Positions 9,166 to 20,491 of a stretch of 64,000 nt of DNA are shown piece after piece (position 1 is the first letter of the stretch; each line of letters opens with the position of its first letter). The stretch is from Acidimicrobiia bacterium (lineage in GTDB: Bacteria; Acidobacteriota; Vicinamibacteria; Vicinamibacterales; SCN-69-37), in NCBI GenBank assembly GCA_045862915.1, contig BTVE01000001.1:4320-68319 (forward strand), given 5' to 3'. The notes below the pieces were generated by a model. It was not told where the DNA came from, did not search any database, and saw nothing but the letters and a program-made list of their open reading frames with translations. The position numbers were made by a program, and so were the translations under genes.

Positions 9166-10134
9166 TCAAGCGGTCGCCGTGGTCGCATCAAACGGCCGCT
9201 GATGCTTAAGGACGCCGTAGGCGACGTGCAGCAGTTTGCGCATCACGGCCGCGACGATGACCATTGGGCGTTTGCCGTTGGCGCGTAAGCGCGCGGCAAA
9301 CGCGCGGAGGACGGGATTGCAGCGGATTGCCGTGAGCGCCGGAAAATACAGCGCGTGGCGCAGGTGAGCCGAGCCCAGTTTCGAGAGCGTCGCTCGGGGA
9401 TTCCACGTCCCTGACTGCCGTCGTCGCGGCACCAAGCCCGCAAACGCGGCCAAGGCGCGCGCACTGGCGAAGTCGGTGAGGCTCCGACACTCCGCCAGCA
9501 GACGCGATGCCGTCGCGGCGCCCACGCCCGGAATGGTGACGAGCAGGTCGCGTTGGTCGCGGAGCTGCGGATGGTGATCGATGTGGTCGTGAATCTGACG
9601 ATCGAGATCGGCCAGTTCGGCGACCAAGTGCGCAATCGTGCGGTCCAACGACGCGGTCACTGGCGTACTCAGGGCCCCGGCCTTCCGGCGATTGCGTTCC
9701 TGGACCAGCATCTCCTGCACGGCCTCGCGGCGCCGGACCAGATCGCGCAAGGTGCGGACCTCCACCGGCCACGGCGTCCACGGCCTCGGCTGTAAGGCCG
9801 CACAGAAGTCGGCCAACACGACCGCGTCGACCGTATCGGTCTTACTCCGACGGAGTTGACTCGCGGCAAACGCGTGGACGGCCGCCGGATTGACGATGCT
9901 GACCGTGTGCCCGGCATCCGCCAGCGCCTCGGCCACCGCTTCGGCGTAGGTCCCCGTGGCCTCCAGGCACGCATGGACGGGACCGTCCGCGTGCCGCCCA
10001 ATCCACCGCAGCAGGTCTGCGTGGCCCGCTGGCGTGTTGGGCACGTGTTTCTTCCGCCAGCGTCCGTCCACTCGTCGCAGGTGTACGTCGTACGCCGTTT
10101 TGGCAATATCGATCCCGACCGTCACGTGGGCCAT
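9166..10134 (-). CDS. IS110 family transposase (DEDD/RuvC-like recombinase)
   Basis: MAHVTVGIDIAKTAYDVHL N-terminus, plus ...LVTIPGVGAATASRLLAE... and SGTWNPRATLSKLGSAHLRHALYFPAL in the C-terminal domain. SD GGGAGG precedes ATG 10134. Confidence 0.9.
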   Translation of the reverse strand: MAHVTVGIDIAKTAYDVHLRRVDGRWRKKHVPNTPAGHADLLRWIGRHADGPVHACLEATGTYAEAVAEALADAGHTVSIVNPAAVHAFAASQLRRSKTDTVDAVVLADFCAALQPRPWTPWPVEVRTLRDLVRRREAVQEMLVQERNRRKAGALSTPVTASLDRTIAHLVAELADLDRQIHDHIDHHPQLRDQRDLLVTIPGVGAATASRLLAECRSLTDFASARALAAFAGLVPRRRQSGTWNPRATLSKLGSAHLRHALYFPALTAIRCNPVLRAFAARLRANGKRPMVIVAAVMRKLLHVAYGVLKHQRPFDATTATA

Positions 10135-10403
10135 GGCCCCTCCCGGCTCCCTCGCTGCGGTCACTCTTGTACATCCAAGCTCACTGCTGAGGGGCAGGGC
10201 CTCACGATACCGTCCGACCTGTCGAGGCAGCGTTGGTGGCCCGCTCAGGCTTCATCTCCATGACAGGCTCGAAGCCGTGACGCATGGACCAGTCTCTGAG
10301 CGGGCCGTCCTCATCCGTCGATGAGAATCACAACATACAAGTCATGAAGATCATGAAGAACTCCTGTTTTTCTTGACTCTATGCCCTCCACGCCCCCATG
10401 GTG
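10135..10403 (-). ncRNA. Candidate IS110 bridge-RNA region (5' non-coding end of the IS)
   Basis: ~270 nt non-coding between the putative IS end and the recombinase ATG. 11-bp inverted repeat GGCCCGCTCAG (10238-10248) / CTGAGCGGGCC (10296-10306) predicts a long stem. Confidence 0.3.
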
Positions 10404-10423
10404 CGTTGCTCTTGGGTGCCGGG

Positions 10424-11602
10424 TTACCGATGGCCGTGCTTCTCATCGTTCTTGTGGCGCTCGTAGTGCTGGCGCAGCAGGTCCTTGCCGTAGTCGTTAC
10501 CGTTCGGCGTGCGGACGACGCTGTGGATGTGAGCCTTCCCCGGCACACGTTCCCCAGGTAGCGCGACCGGCGTCTGGTGATCGAACTCGATGAGGATCAC
10601 CGGGCTGTGCACGCGGTAGTAGAAGGTGTCGTTCTCCCCCGTGCCGCCGATCCAGGCGAAGTGTGTGCGGTCCAGATGCGCGCGCAGGTCCTCCATGCGC
10701 ACCTTCGCGTGCCCTTCCTTCATGTAGCCGACGTACACGCCGATGAGCTCGAGCAACATCGTGCGCTGGCCGACCGTGAGCTTTGCGCCCGGGATACCCG
10801 CGTAGTCAAGCACGAGGTTGTCGCGGAAGGCCTGCGCCAGCGCGTTGTTGGCAGTCTTGGACGTCTGCAGCGTCGCGGCCGTCTGCTGTTCAGCCGTCAA
10901 GGCACGCATGAACGACAGCCCTTGTTGCTCCTCGAGTTGAAGCACGGACGCGCCGGCATACTTGCCCGTCGTCGCTGTCACAGGTTCGGAGCCCAGGAAC
11001 GTCGGCGTCATGACGACCTGATCACCCAGCACGAAATAGTTGATGATCAGGTGGTGTCCGTCCAGCTGCCAGCCCCACGGCTGTGTATCTGACGGCACAC
11101 CCATCACGGTGAGGTGATACAACCACTCGCCGTATTCGCCAGGGCGGTTGACCAGCTCGGCGAGGTGCCCGTTGAGCCGCATCACGTTGCGCGACTGTTC
11201 AAAACCCCGCGCGCTCAGGCTGGCACGCATCAGGTCGAAGGCTCGCTCGCGCTGGGCCTCCGACATCTCCTCGAAACTCACGCCCTGCCGCGCATAGCGG
11301 TGCACGTTATTCCACTTCAGCCACTCCTCATCGTCGACCGGATAGGTCGTGCGGGAGCGCTGGTCATCAGTGAGGGCCTGAAGGAACCGCTGGGCCGCAT
11401 CGCGCACGGGCCGCGTGGACACACCGGTGGCCTTGATCGGGAACAGACCGGTCTCGAGCGTGCCGTTGGTCGTGATGCCTTTGAAGGGTTGGGGCTGTTG
11501 CGGCTGCCCACCGCGCTGCGCGCTTGCCACGGCACCGCCGCCGACAGCGAGCCCGAGGCCGATCGCCAACCACACGTGTGTCCTCAGCAGCTTCGTTCCC
11601 AT
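10424..11602 (-). CDS. DUF3500 domain-containing secreted protein
   Basis: Signal peptide. Hallmark QPWGWQLDGHHLIINYFVLGDQVVMTPTFLGSEP. SD GGAGGGGG upstream. Confidence 0.8.
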   Translation of the reverse strand: MGTKLLRTHVWLAIGLGLAVGGGAVASAQRGGQPQQPQPFKGITTNGTLETGLFPIKATGVSTRPVRDAAQRFLQALTDDQRSRTTYPVDDEEWLKWNNVHRYARQGVSFEEMSEAQRERAFDLMRASLSARGFEQSRNVMRLNGHLAELVNRPGEYGEWLYHLTVMGVPSDTQPWGWQLDGHHLIINYFVLGDQVVMTPTFLGSEPVTATTGKYAGASVLQLEEQQGLSFMRALTAEQQTAATLQTSKTANNALAQAFRDNLVLDYAGIPGAKLTVGQRTMLLELIGVYVGYMKEGHAKVRMEDLRAHLDRTHFAWIGGTGENDTFYYRVHSPVILIEFDHQTPVALPGERVPGKAHIHSVVRTPNGNDYGKDLLRQHYERHKNDEKHGHR

Positions 11603-11662
11603 GCCCCCTCCACCCTATACCGTCTCGATGTGCGTCAAGGGTAGCACCGGCGGACTCCGTGG

Positions 11663-11674
11663 GTGTTCGAACAC
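11663..11674. promoter_or_regulatory. Perfect 12-bp palindrome GTGTTCGAACAC in a divergent intergenic region
   Basis: Read directly. Lies between the DUF3500 start (11602, minus) and GTG 11715 (plus). Confidence 0.3.
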
Positions 11675-11714
11675 GAACGGAACCGAATGCCGGTAGTTCC
11701 GGTATGTTTCTCCT

Positions 11715-12311
11715 GTGGAAGTCGTCAAGGCGTTCCGGCGCAACGCCGTGCATGTGCGCAAGGCTCTGGCCCAGCTCCAGCAGGACGCGGGCAAGGCAGG
11801 CGTCGAACGGGGATACTCGGAAGACGCGGGGCTGATGGAGCGGTACAAGCGCCTGTCGATTCCGGTGCGTCGTGCGCTGAATCCTGCCGACCGGGCGTCG
11901 TTCCAGCAGACACTCGCGGCCATCACGTCTGTGCAGTCGGCCGATTCAGGTCCGCTTCAGGCCGTGACCCGGTCATGGCAGGCGTTTCAGCAGGAATGTG
12001 AATCGGGCCTGCTGCTTGGCGGCGGCCGCGTGCCGCGCGGCCAAATCCTCCAGGAATGGCTCGGCGCCGCGGCCTTCTACGACCAGCTCGATCGGGACAA
12101 GGCCTACGACCGGCTCATCGACCAGTGGGGCACCGCAGTCGAAGGCATCGGCGCGCAGATGTGCGAACACGCCGCCGAGGTCATCGTGGAGCTCGACTCG
12201 GTCGCCGCAGGCGTGCTGGGCGAACCGGAGATCCTGCCACCACCCCCAAAGACACCGCCACCACCGCCGGATCCGGAGGAAAAGTGGTGGAAGCGCCTGC
12301 TGCGGCTGTGA
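11715..12311 (+). CDS. Hypothetical helical protein with polyproline/basic C-terminal tail
   Basis: High GC3 coding pattern. TATGTT (11703-11708) plus 6 nt, then the GTG start (leaderless pattern). C-terminus is PPPPKTPPPPPDPEEKWWKRLLRL. No family recognised. Confidence 0.55.
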   Translation: MEVVKAFRRNAVHVRKALAQLQQDAGKAGVERGYSEDAGLMERYKRLSIPVRRALNPADRASFQQTLAAITSVQSADSGPLQAVTRSWQAFQQECESGLLLGGGRVPRGQILQEWLGAAAFYDQLDRDKAYDRLIDQWGTAVEGIGAQMCEHAAEVIVELDSVAAGVLGEPEILPPPPKTPPPPPDPEEKWWKRLLRL

Positions 12312-12350
12312 AGGCGGGCCTACACCCCACCCTACATGAAGCAGCCGTGG

Positions 12351-12397
12351 GGCGGGGCTTCAGCCCCGCCAGGCGATGGCGGGCCTGAAGGCCCGCC
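12351..12397. repeat. Two adjacent REP-like GC hairpins
   Basis: GGCGGGGC-TTCA-GCCCCGCC is at 12351-12370 and GGCGGGCC-TGAA-GGCCCGCC at 12378-12397, followed by CTACAT. A partial copy lies at 12313-12337. Confidence 0.55.
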
Positions 12398-12446
12398 CTA
12401 CATGTACTGGCACAACCTTCAGCCGGTCTCTGCCGTCATAGTAAGC

Positions 12447-12464
12447 GTCCCTACATATTGGGAC
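12447..12464. promoter_or_regulatory. Inverted repeat GTCCC-N8-GGGAC enclosing a TACATA -10-like box upstream of PadR
   Basis: Read directly. SD GAGGTGA follows, then GTG 12478. Confidence 0.3.
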
Positions 12465-12477
12465 CCTGAGGTGACGC

Positions 12478-12810
12478 GTGTTCAGTCCGGAGTTGAAGAA
12501 GGGCAGCACCGAGATGCTGGTGTTGTCGGTGCTCGAAGCCAGGCCCCGCCACGGGTACGACATCGGTAAGCGGATCGAAGCCCGATCGGCCGGACGCATC
12601 ACGTACGCCCTGCCCACGCTGTATCCCCTGCTGCTGAAGCTTGAAGCGCGCGGATGGATCAAGGGCCGATGGGTGGAAGCGCCCGGTCAGCGGGAACGCT
12701 GCTTCTACAAACTGACCCCCTCGGGGCGCGCGGTGCTGGAACAGCAGCGGGCGACCTGGCGCGAGTTCGTCGCCGCCGTCACCGACGTCATGGAAGGCTC
12801 CGATGCGTGA
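12478..12810 (+). CDS. PadR family transcriptional regulator
   Basis: LKKGSTEMLVLSVLEARPRHGYDIGKRI...LYPLLLKLEARGWIKGRW. GTG start. 8-nt overlap with the ADOP start (ATGCGTGA). Confidence 0.9.
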   Translation: MFSPELKKGSTEMLVLSVLEARPRHGYDIGKRIEARSAGRITYALPTLYPLLLKLEARGWIKGRWVEAPGQRERCFYKLTPSGRAVLEQQRATWREFVAAVTDVMEGSDA

Positions 12811-15499
12811 TTGGGAGGCCTACGTCCGCGCACAACTGCAGCTGCCGTCGCTGCGTCCTGAGCGCGAGAACCGAGTCATTCGAGAAGTCGCCTCACAAAT
12901 CGAAGACATCTACCGCGACGCCTTGTCGCGGGGTCTCAGCGAAGCCGACGCCGACGCCCAGGCGCTGGCGCACATTGCCAACTGGCAACAACTGGCGAGA
13001 GACGTGCAACGCGCCGACCGTCCGCATCACCAGGCGCGCGTGGAGCGCCTTGCCAACTCGATCGAAGCGCACCCCACCCGCGCGAAAGGACCCGCACTCA
13101 TGACCGCACACCTGCTCCGAGACCTGCGCTTCGGCGTTCGACAACTCATCAAGGCGCCAGGCTTCACACTCGTAGCCGTGCTGACCCTGGCGCTTGGCAT
13201 CGGCGCCACGAGTGCGATCTTCAGCGTCGTGAACGGAGTGCTCCTCCAGCCGCTGCCCTACGCCAACCCTGATCAGCTCGTCCGTGTGCACGAAACCGTG
13301 CCGCAGTACGGACGGTTCTCGGTTGCGCCGGCGACGTTCCTTGACTGGCGCGAACAGAACGGTGTCTTCGAGCGCATCGCGGCGTACACCAACACGAGCG
13401 GTACGGTTCAGTGGCCCGACGGCCCCGAACGGGTCGTCGGTGTGGCGGTCTCCTGGGACCTCTTTGAACTGCTGCGCGTACAGCCCGCGCTGGGCACCGG
13501 CTTCGTGGCCGAACAGGACCTGCCCGGCAACAGCGACGTCATCGTCATCAGCCACGGACTGTGGCAGCAGCGCTTCTCTGGCGCAACCGATGTGGTGGGC
13601 CGGACGGTCAATCTCAACGGACGATCCACGACCATCCTCGGCGTCATGCCTGAAGGGTTCTACTATCCGAGCCGCACCGCGGAGTTCTGGAGGCCGATTG
13701 CCATCAACCCGGCCAATGCGAGCCGCGGCGGCCACTTCCTCGGCGTCGTGGCCCGGCTCAAGTCCGGCGTGACGCTCGAACGCGCAGACGTCGAAATGCG
13801 GACGATCTCGGAACGCCTGGCACTGCAGTACCCCGAAAACAGCGCCAACGAATCTGCAGAGGTCGTGTCACTGCACGAACAGGTGGTCGGCAACATTCGC
13901 CCCGCGCTGCTGACGCTCCTGGCGGCGGTGTGTGTCGTGGTCCTGATCGCCTGCGCCAATGTCGCCAACCTGCTGTTGGTCCGCGCATCGATCCGCGAGA
14001 AGGAGGTGGCCATCCGCACGGCGCTGGGTGCGGGCCGGTCGCGCCTCATCACCCAGATGCTCGCCGAGAGCCTGCTGCTGGCTTTGGCCGGAGGCGTCAG
14101 CGGGCTGTTCCTCGCCTGGCTCGCCATTCCCGCCATCCAGACGCTTGGCGCCTCGAGCATTCCGCGCGTCATGGACGTCACGATCGACACCACCGTCCTG
14201 CTCTTTGCTGCAGGTGCATCACTGGTGACCGGCCTGCTCTTTGGCCTGGTGCCGGCACTTCAGCTGTCGAAAACCGGCGTGCACGCGGTCATGAAGGAAG
14301 GCGGACGGTCATCGGTCGGATCGGGCGGCAAGTGGTTGCGCAATGGACTCCTCGTGCTCGAGGTGGCGTTGTCGCTCATGCTGGTGGTCGGCTCCGTGCT
14401 GCTGCTTCGCAGTTTCGCAAAGCTGACGAGCGTTGATCCCGGCTTCAACTCTGACGGCGTATTGGCATTCCAGGTGTCGCTGCCCCCAACCGCGTATGAG
14501 GAAGCCGAGCGCCAGCTCGCGTTCTTCGACGACCTGACCGCCCGCCTGGCGGCCACACCCGGTGTGCAGCAGGTGGGTGCTGTACAGACACTGCCGATGC
14601 GTGGCGGATACGTGCTCACGTTTGATGTGGTGGGTCGCCCGCCGGCACGTCCGGGCGAAGAGCCATCTGCCAACCACCGCGTGGTTACACCGGACTACTT
14701 CTCCACGCTCGACATTCCCGTTCGGCGAGGACGCACATTCACGCGCACCGACACTGCCACGAGTCCCATGGTGGCAGTCGTGGACGAGGCATTCGTCCAA
14801 CGGCACTTCGCGGACCAGGATCCCATCGGGCAGCGCCTCGAAATTGGCAATGGCTCTGACGGCGCCTACGAAATTGTGGGCGTCGTCGGCACCGTCAACC
14901 ACAACGGCCTCGACGCTGAAAGTCGTCCGACGATGTATGTGCCGCTGACGCAGGATGCCTTCAGCACGATGTGGATTGTCGCGCGCAGCGCCGGCGATCC
15001 GTCTGCGCTCACGCCTTCAGTTCGCCAGGTACTGTCGAGCATCGACCCGACGCTGCCGGCCTACTCGGTGACGCCGCTCAGCCAGGTGCTCGATGACTCC
15101 GTGGCCGACCGGCGGTTCTCGATGCTGCTGATTGTGCTCTTCGGCGTTGTCGCGCTGTTCCTTGCAGCCGTCGGGCTCTACGGCGTTGTCGCCTACTCCG
15201 TCAGTCTCCGCACGCGTGAGATCGGCTTGCGCATGGCCATCGGTGCACAGCCGGGCACGGTGCTCCGGATGGTGATTGGCGACGGGATGAAGCTGGCGCT
15301 GATTGGTGTGGTGCTGGGAGCGGTCGGCTCACTGGCGGCATCACAGCTGGTGGCGACGATGCTCTTCAACGTCGAGCCGCATGATCCCGTCAGTTACGCC
15401 GCAACCGCCGCCATCCTGCTGACCATCGCGGCCCTGGCGTGTTACATCCCTGCACGACGTGCGATGAAAGTCGACCCCGTCACCGCACTATCGGAATGA
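12803..15499 (+). CDS. ADOP-family duplicated permease with N-terminal prefix
   Basis: 898 aa. Prefix ~105 aa, VRQLIKAPGF at aa ~112-121, two FtsX blocks and C-terminal PARRAMKVDPVTALSE. Confidence 0.9.
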   Translation: MRDWEAYVRAQLQLPSLRPERENRVIREVASQIEDIYRDALSRGLSEADADAQALAHIANWQQLARDVQRADRPHHQARVERLANSIEAHPTRAKGPALMTAHLLRDLRFGVRQLIKAPGFTLVAVLTLALGIGATSAIFSVVNGVLLQPLPYANPDQLVRVHETVPQYGRFSVAPATFLDWREQNGVFERIAAYTNTSGTVQWPDGPERVVGVAVSWDLFELLRVQPALGTGFVAEQDLPGNSDVIVISHGLWQQRFSGATDVVGRTVNLNGRSTTILGVMPEGFYYPSRTAEFWRPIAINPANASRGGHFLGVVARLKSGVTLERADVEMRTISERLALQYPENSANESAEVVSLHEQVVGNIRPALLTLLAAVCVVVLIACANVANLLLVRASIREKEVAIRTALGAGRSRLITQMLAESLLLALAGGVSGLFLAWLAIPAIQTLGASSIPRVMDVTIDTTVLLFAAGASLVTGLLFGLVPALQLSKTGVHAVMKEGGRSSVGSGGKWLRNGLLVLEVALSLMLVVGSVLLLRSFAKLTSVDPGFNSDGVLAFQVSLPPTAYEEAERQLAFFDDLTARLAATPGVQQVGAVQTLPMRGGYVLTFDVVGRPPARPGEEPSANHRVVTPDYFSTLDIPVRRGRTFTRTDTATSPMVAVVDEAFVQRHFADQDPIGQRLEIGNGSDGAYEIVGVVGTVNHNGLDAESRPTMYVPLTQDAFSTMWIVARSAGDPSALTPSVRQVLSSIDPTLPAYSVTPLSQVLDDSVADRRFSMLLIVLFGVVALFLAAVGLYGVVAYSVSLRTREIGLRMAIGAQPGTVLRMVIGDGMKLALIGVVLGAVGSLAASQLVATMLFNVEPHDPVSYAATAAILLTIAALACYIPARRAMKVDPVTALSE

Positions 15500-15502
15500 G
15501 GG

Positions 15503-15535
15503 GCACTTCGCACTTCGCACTTCGCACTTCGCACT
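15503..15535. repeat. Tandem heptamer (GCACTTC) x4.7
   Basis: Read directly. Fills the 37-nt spacer between convergent stops at 15499 (+) and 15537 (-). Confidence 0.95.
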
Positions 15536-15536
15536 A

Positions 15537-16492
15537 TTACTTGAACATGTTCTTGACGACGAACCAGACGTTGGCGGGACGTTCGGCAAGTCGTCGCATG
15601 TACCAGGGGAACCAGTATTCGCCGTAGCTGATCAGGCAACGTGTACGGATGCCCTGCGCAGCCAGCTGATGCTGACGGCTCGACTGGATGCCGTAGAGCA
15701 TTGCGAACTCGTAGCGATCGGGCGACACATTCCGCTCGCGGATGACTGTGAGCAGGCGCTCCTGCAGCGCGATGTCGTGTGACGCGATGTGGAGCAGCGC
15801 GCCGGGCTTTGTGTTGTCGTCGCGCAGCAGGCGTTCGCAGATCTTGAAGTAGTTTTCGTCGACGTCCGCCTTGTTCGGGAAGGCGACGGTGGGCGGCTCG
15901 AGGTACGCGCCCTTCACCATGCGGATGGCCGAGCCCAGCGCCACGAGCTCTTCGATGTCCTTTTCGGTGCGGAACAGGTAGGCCTGAATCGCGATACCGA
16001 TGTTCGGCGTGCGTTCGCGCAGCACCTTGAAGAGTTTGATCGTGCCTTCGACGTACGGCGAACTCTCCATGTCGATCCAGAAGAAAATGCCGTTTGCCTC
16101 GCACTTGTCGATGATCGTGTGACAGTGCTTCACGCAGGCATCGAAGTTCTGGTCGTAGCCGAGCTGCGTGGGTTTGATCGAGATCTGCGAGTCGATACCC
16201 GCGGCCTTGATGAGGTCAATCACCTTCAGGTAGTGGTCGCGAACCTCGTCAGCCTCTTCCAGGCGGGTGATGTTTTCACCGAGGCGCGTGAAGATCGTGT
16301 TCAGCTTCGCCGGCTGCAGCGCTTTTGCGGCGACGATGGCGTCTTCGATCTGCTCGCCGGGCATGAACTTCGACACGGACTTCCGGACAAATCCGGTTCG
16401 CATCGCGTTTTCACGGATCCAGGCGTTGGTGGACGCCCACAGCAGAGCCCTGCGCATGACAGACATCGGGCCGAATTGTAGCCCAGAATCGG

Positions 16493-16496
<4 letters not shown>
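15537..16496 (-). CDS. Proline dehydrogenase family protein
   Basis: Monofunctional ProDH-like sequence (..[11 protein letters not shown].., [29 protein letters not shown]). Its start overlaps the upstream gene's stop by 4 nt. Confidence 0.85.
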
Positions 16497-18895
<2,399 letters not shown>

Positions 18896-18934
18896 GGCCG
18901 TCGATCGTACCAGATTGGTTGGTGGGCTGGTGGG

Positions 18935-19738
18935 CTACAGATTGCGCGTGGCGAGCACTTCGCGGATCGGCGTGCGATCGCCCGTGCAGCTGATGCGTCT
19001 GGGCGCGTCGAGAAAGTGCAGTGCGAAGCCAAGTGAGCGGTAGAGGCGCTCGATGCGCTCGGTGGCCTGGTTCACCAGGATGACTGGACCACGGTGGCGG
19101 GCCAGGCAGGCGGCGGTTCGCTCCTGGTCGCTCCAGGAAAAGCGGCTTGCGCTGTATTGCGTGAACTCCACGTCATACGGTGGGTCGGCATACACGAAGT
19201 CGCCACGTTCGAGCGGCACCGCTTCCACGTCGCCGGCAATGAACTGCCACGGCTCAAGGACCGCGCGATACGCCGAGAAGTCGCGGATGTAGTCGATTGA
19301 TGCGTACCGGCCGAACGGCACGTTGAACAGACCGCGCTTGTTGAAGCGGCACAGGCCGTTGTAGCCGGTGCGATTGAGAAAGTAGAACAGGGACGCCGCT
19401 TCAGCCGTCTCGGCAGTCCCGGCCTCGATCAGTGCGTTGAACCGTTCGCGATGGCGGTAGTACAGCGTTTTGTCATTGGCCATGCGCACGGAGACCTTCA
19501 GTCCGCGCTGCAGCCAGCGATAGAAGTTGATGACGTGCGGATTGGCGTCGTTGAGCAACGCACGGCTCGGCGCCAGTCCAAGCGTGACGGACAACCCACC
19601 GCAGAACGGTTCGACGAGCCGCCGACGTTCGTGTGGCCGCCACATTGGCTCCAGCACGGGAATCTGCCAGCGTTTGCCCCCGGCCCACTTGAGGGGCGGG
19701 CGTGCTGACGAGGCCCGTTCCGCAACCGACATAGGCAA
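18935..19738 (-). CDS. dam: Dam-type DNA N6-adenine methyltransferase (orphan)
   Basis: PPLKWAGGKRW, EPFCGGLSV (SAM motif) and ADPPYDVEF (DPPY catalytic motif). The track start is TTG, and ATG 19732 is the alternative. Confidence 0.88.
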   Translation of the reverse strand: MPMSVAERASSARPPLKWAGGKRWQIPVLEPMWRPHERRRLVEPFCGGLSVTLGLAPSRALLNDANPHVINFYRWLQRGLKVSVRMANDKTLYYRHRERFNALIEAGTAETAEAASLFYFLNRTGYNGLCRFNKRGLFNVPFGRYASIDYIRDFSAYRAVLEPWQFIAGDVEAVPLERGDFVYADPPYDVEFTQYSASRFSWSDQERTAACLARHRGPVILVNQATERIERLYRSLGFALHFLDAPRRISCTGDRTPIREVLATRNL

Positions 19739-19741
19739 GGC

Positions 19742-19759
19742 AGTCTATCGCGGTATCCT
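19742..19759. promoter_or_regulatory. Back-to-back -10 boxes in the 27-nt dam/pqiA-like divergent spacer
   Basis: Minus-strand TAGACT (19747-19742). Plus-strand TATCCT (19754-19759), then exactly 6 nt to ATG 19766. Confidence 0.35.
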
Positions 19760-19765
19760 GCCTAC

Positions 19766-20491
19766 ATGCCGACTCGTGCCGCCACCTGGGGACTCCTGCT
19801 CTCCGTGGTTCTGCTGCTCCCGGGCCTCTTCCTGCCGGTCATCACCGTCCGTGGCGTCCTGTCGCCTGAAGGACTGTCGGCTCTGACACCGCAACTGCTC
19901 GATCAGGGCTTGGACGATGAGACCGTGGCCAAACTGCGACCGCTGCTCAACCCCGCCGTGGTGCCGTTCATGGAGATGCAACCCGGCGGCCTGAGAGGCG
20001 CGCTTGTCGGCAACCTCAGCACACAACTGTCCGCGCGGCTCAAGGACAGTCCGGACATCGAGGTCTATCACCAGACACGCTCCATCGTCGGCTCCGTGCG
20101 CCAGCTGTATTCGGTCGGCAGCTGGACCGCCGCCACCCTGATCCTGCTCTTCAGCGTCGTCGTGCCGCTGGTGAAGTCGGGCCTCGCCTACTGGGCGATC
20201 AACCACCGTGACGCGGCCGTCGGCGCACGCACACTGACGTTTGTCGAACGCATCGCCAAGTGGTCGATGGCTGATGTCTTCGCGGTGGCGCTGTTCATTA
20301 CCTACTTGGCTGCGCAGGCCAGCCAGATGCCGCCCTCACCCGACGCGCCGCCGGCCATCGTGTCGTTTCATGCCGACTTCGGCGCCGGCTTCTACTGGTT
20401 CGCGGCGTACTGCGTGTTCTCGCTCGCCGTGCAACAAGGCCTGGCTCGCTGGACCCGCGGGCAGTCTCGCACCATGGAGGTCAGAACCTGA
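19766..20491 (+). CDS. PqiA (paraquat-inducible protein A) family membrane protein, single module
   Basis: TM-rich. Characteristic IAKWSMADVFAVALFITYLAAQ segment. No pqiB-like gene follows. Confidence 0.6.
   Translation: MPTRAATWGLLLSVVLLLPGLFLPVITVRGVLSPEGLSALTPQLLDQGLDDETVAKLRPLLNPAVVPFMEMQPGGLRGALVGNLSTQLSARLKDSPDIEVYHQTRSIVGSVRQLYSVGSWTAATLILLFSVVVPLVKSGLAYWAINHRDAAVGARTLTFVERIAKWSMADVFAVALFITYLAAQASQMPPSPDAPPAIVSFHADFGAGFYWFAAYCVFSLAVQQGLARWTRGQSRTMEVRT

Larger units (their letters stand above)
9141..10403 (-). mobile_element. IS110-family insertion sequence (boundaries tentative)
   Basis: Contains the DEDD transposase CDS. 8-bp inverted repeat CACCATGG (9141-9148) / CCATGGTG (10396-10403). 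Long 5' and very short 3' non-coding ends, and a locally AT-rich segment at 10320-10380. Confidence 0.4.

Noticed and set aside
10320-10380. AT-rich patch as a genomic-island boundary or horizontally acquired segment.
   Set aside because: It lies inside the putative IS110 element's 5' non-coding end and is most simply its promoter/bridge-RNA region. Flanking genes have normal composition.
15503-15535. Tandem repeats at 15503-15535, 29425-29472 and 62142-62167 as possible CRISPR arrays.
   Set aside because: The units are only 7-8 nt, directly abutting with no spacers, and there are no cas genes. They are microsatellite-type repeats.
18935-19738. Dam methylase as part of a restriction-modification or other defence system.
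   Set aside because: No endonuclease, specificity subunit or other defence-type gene lies within several kb. The neighbours are housekeeping genes.
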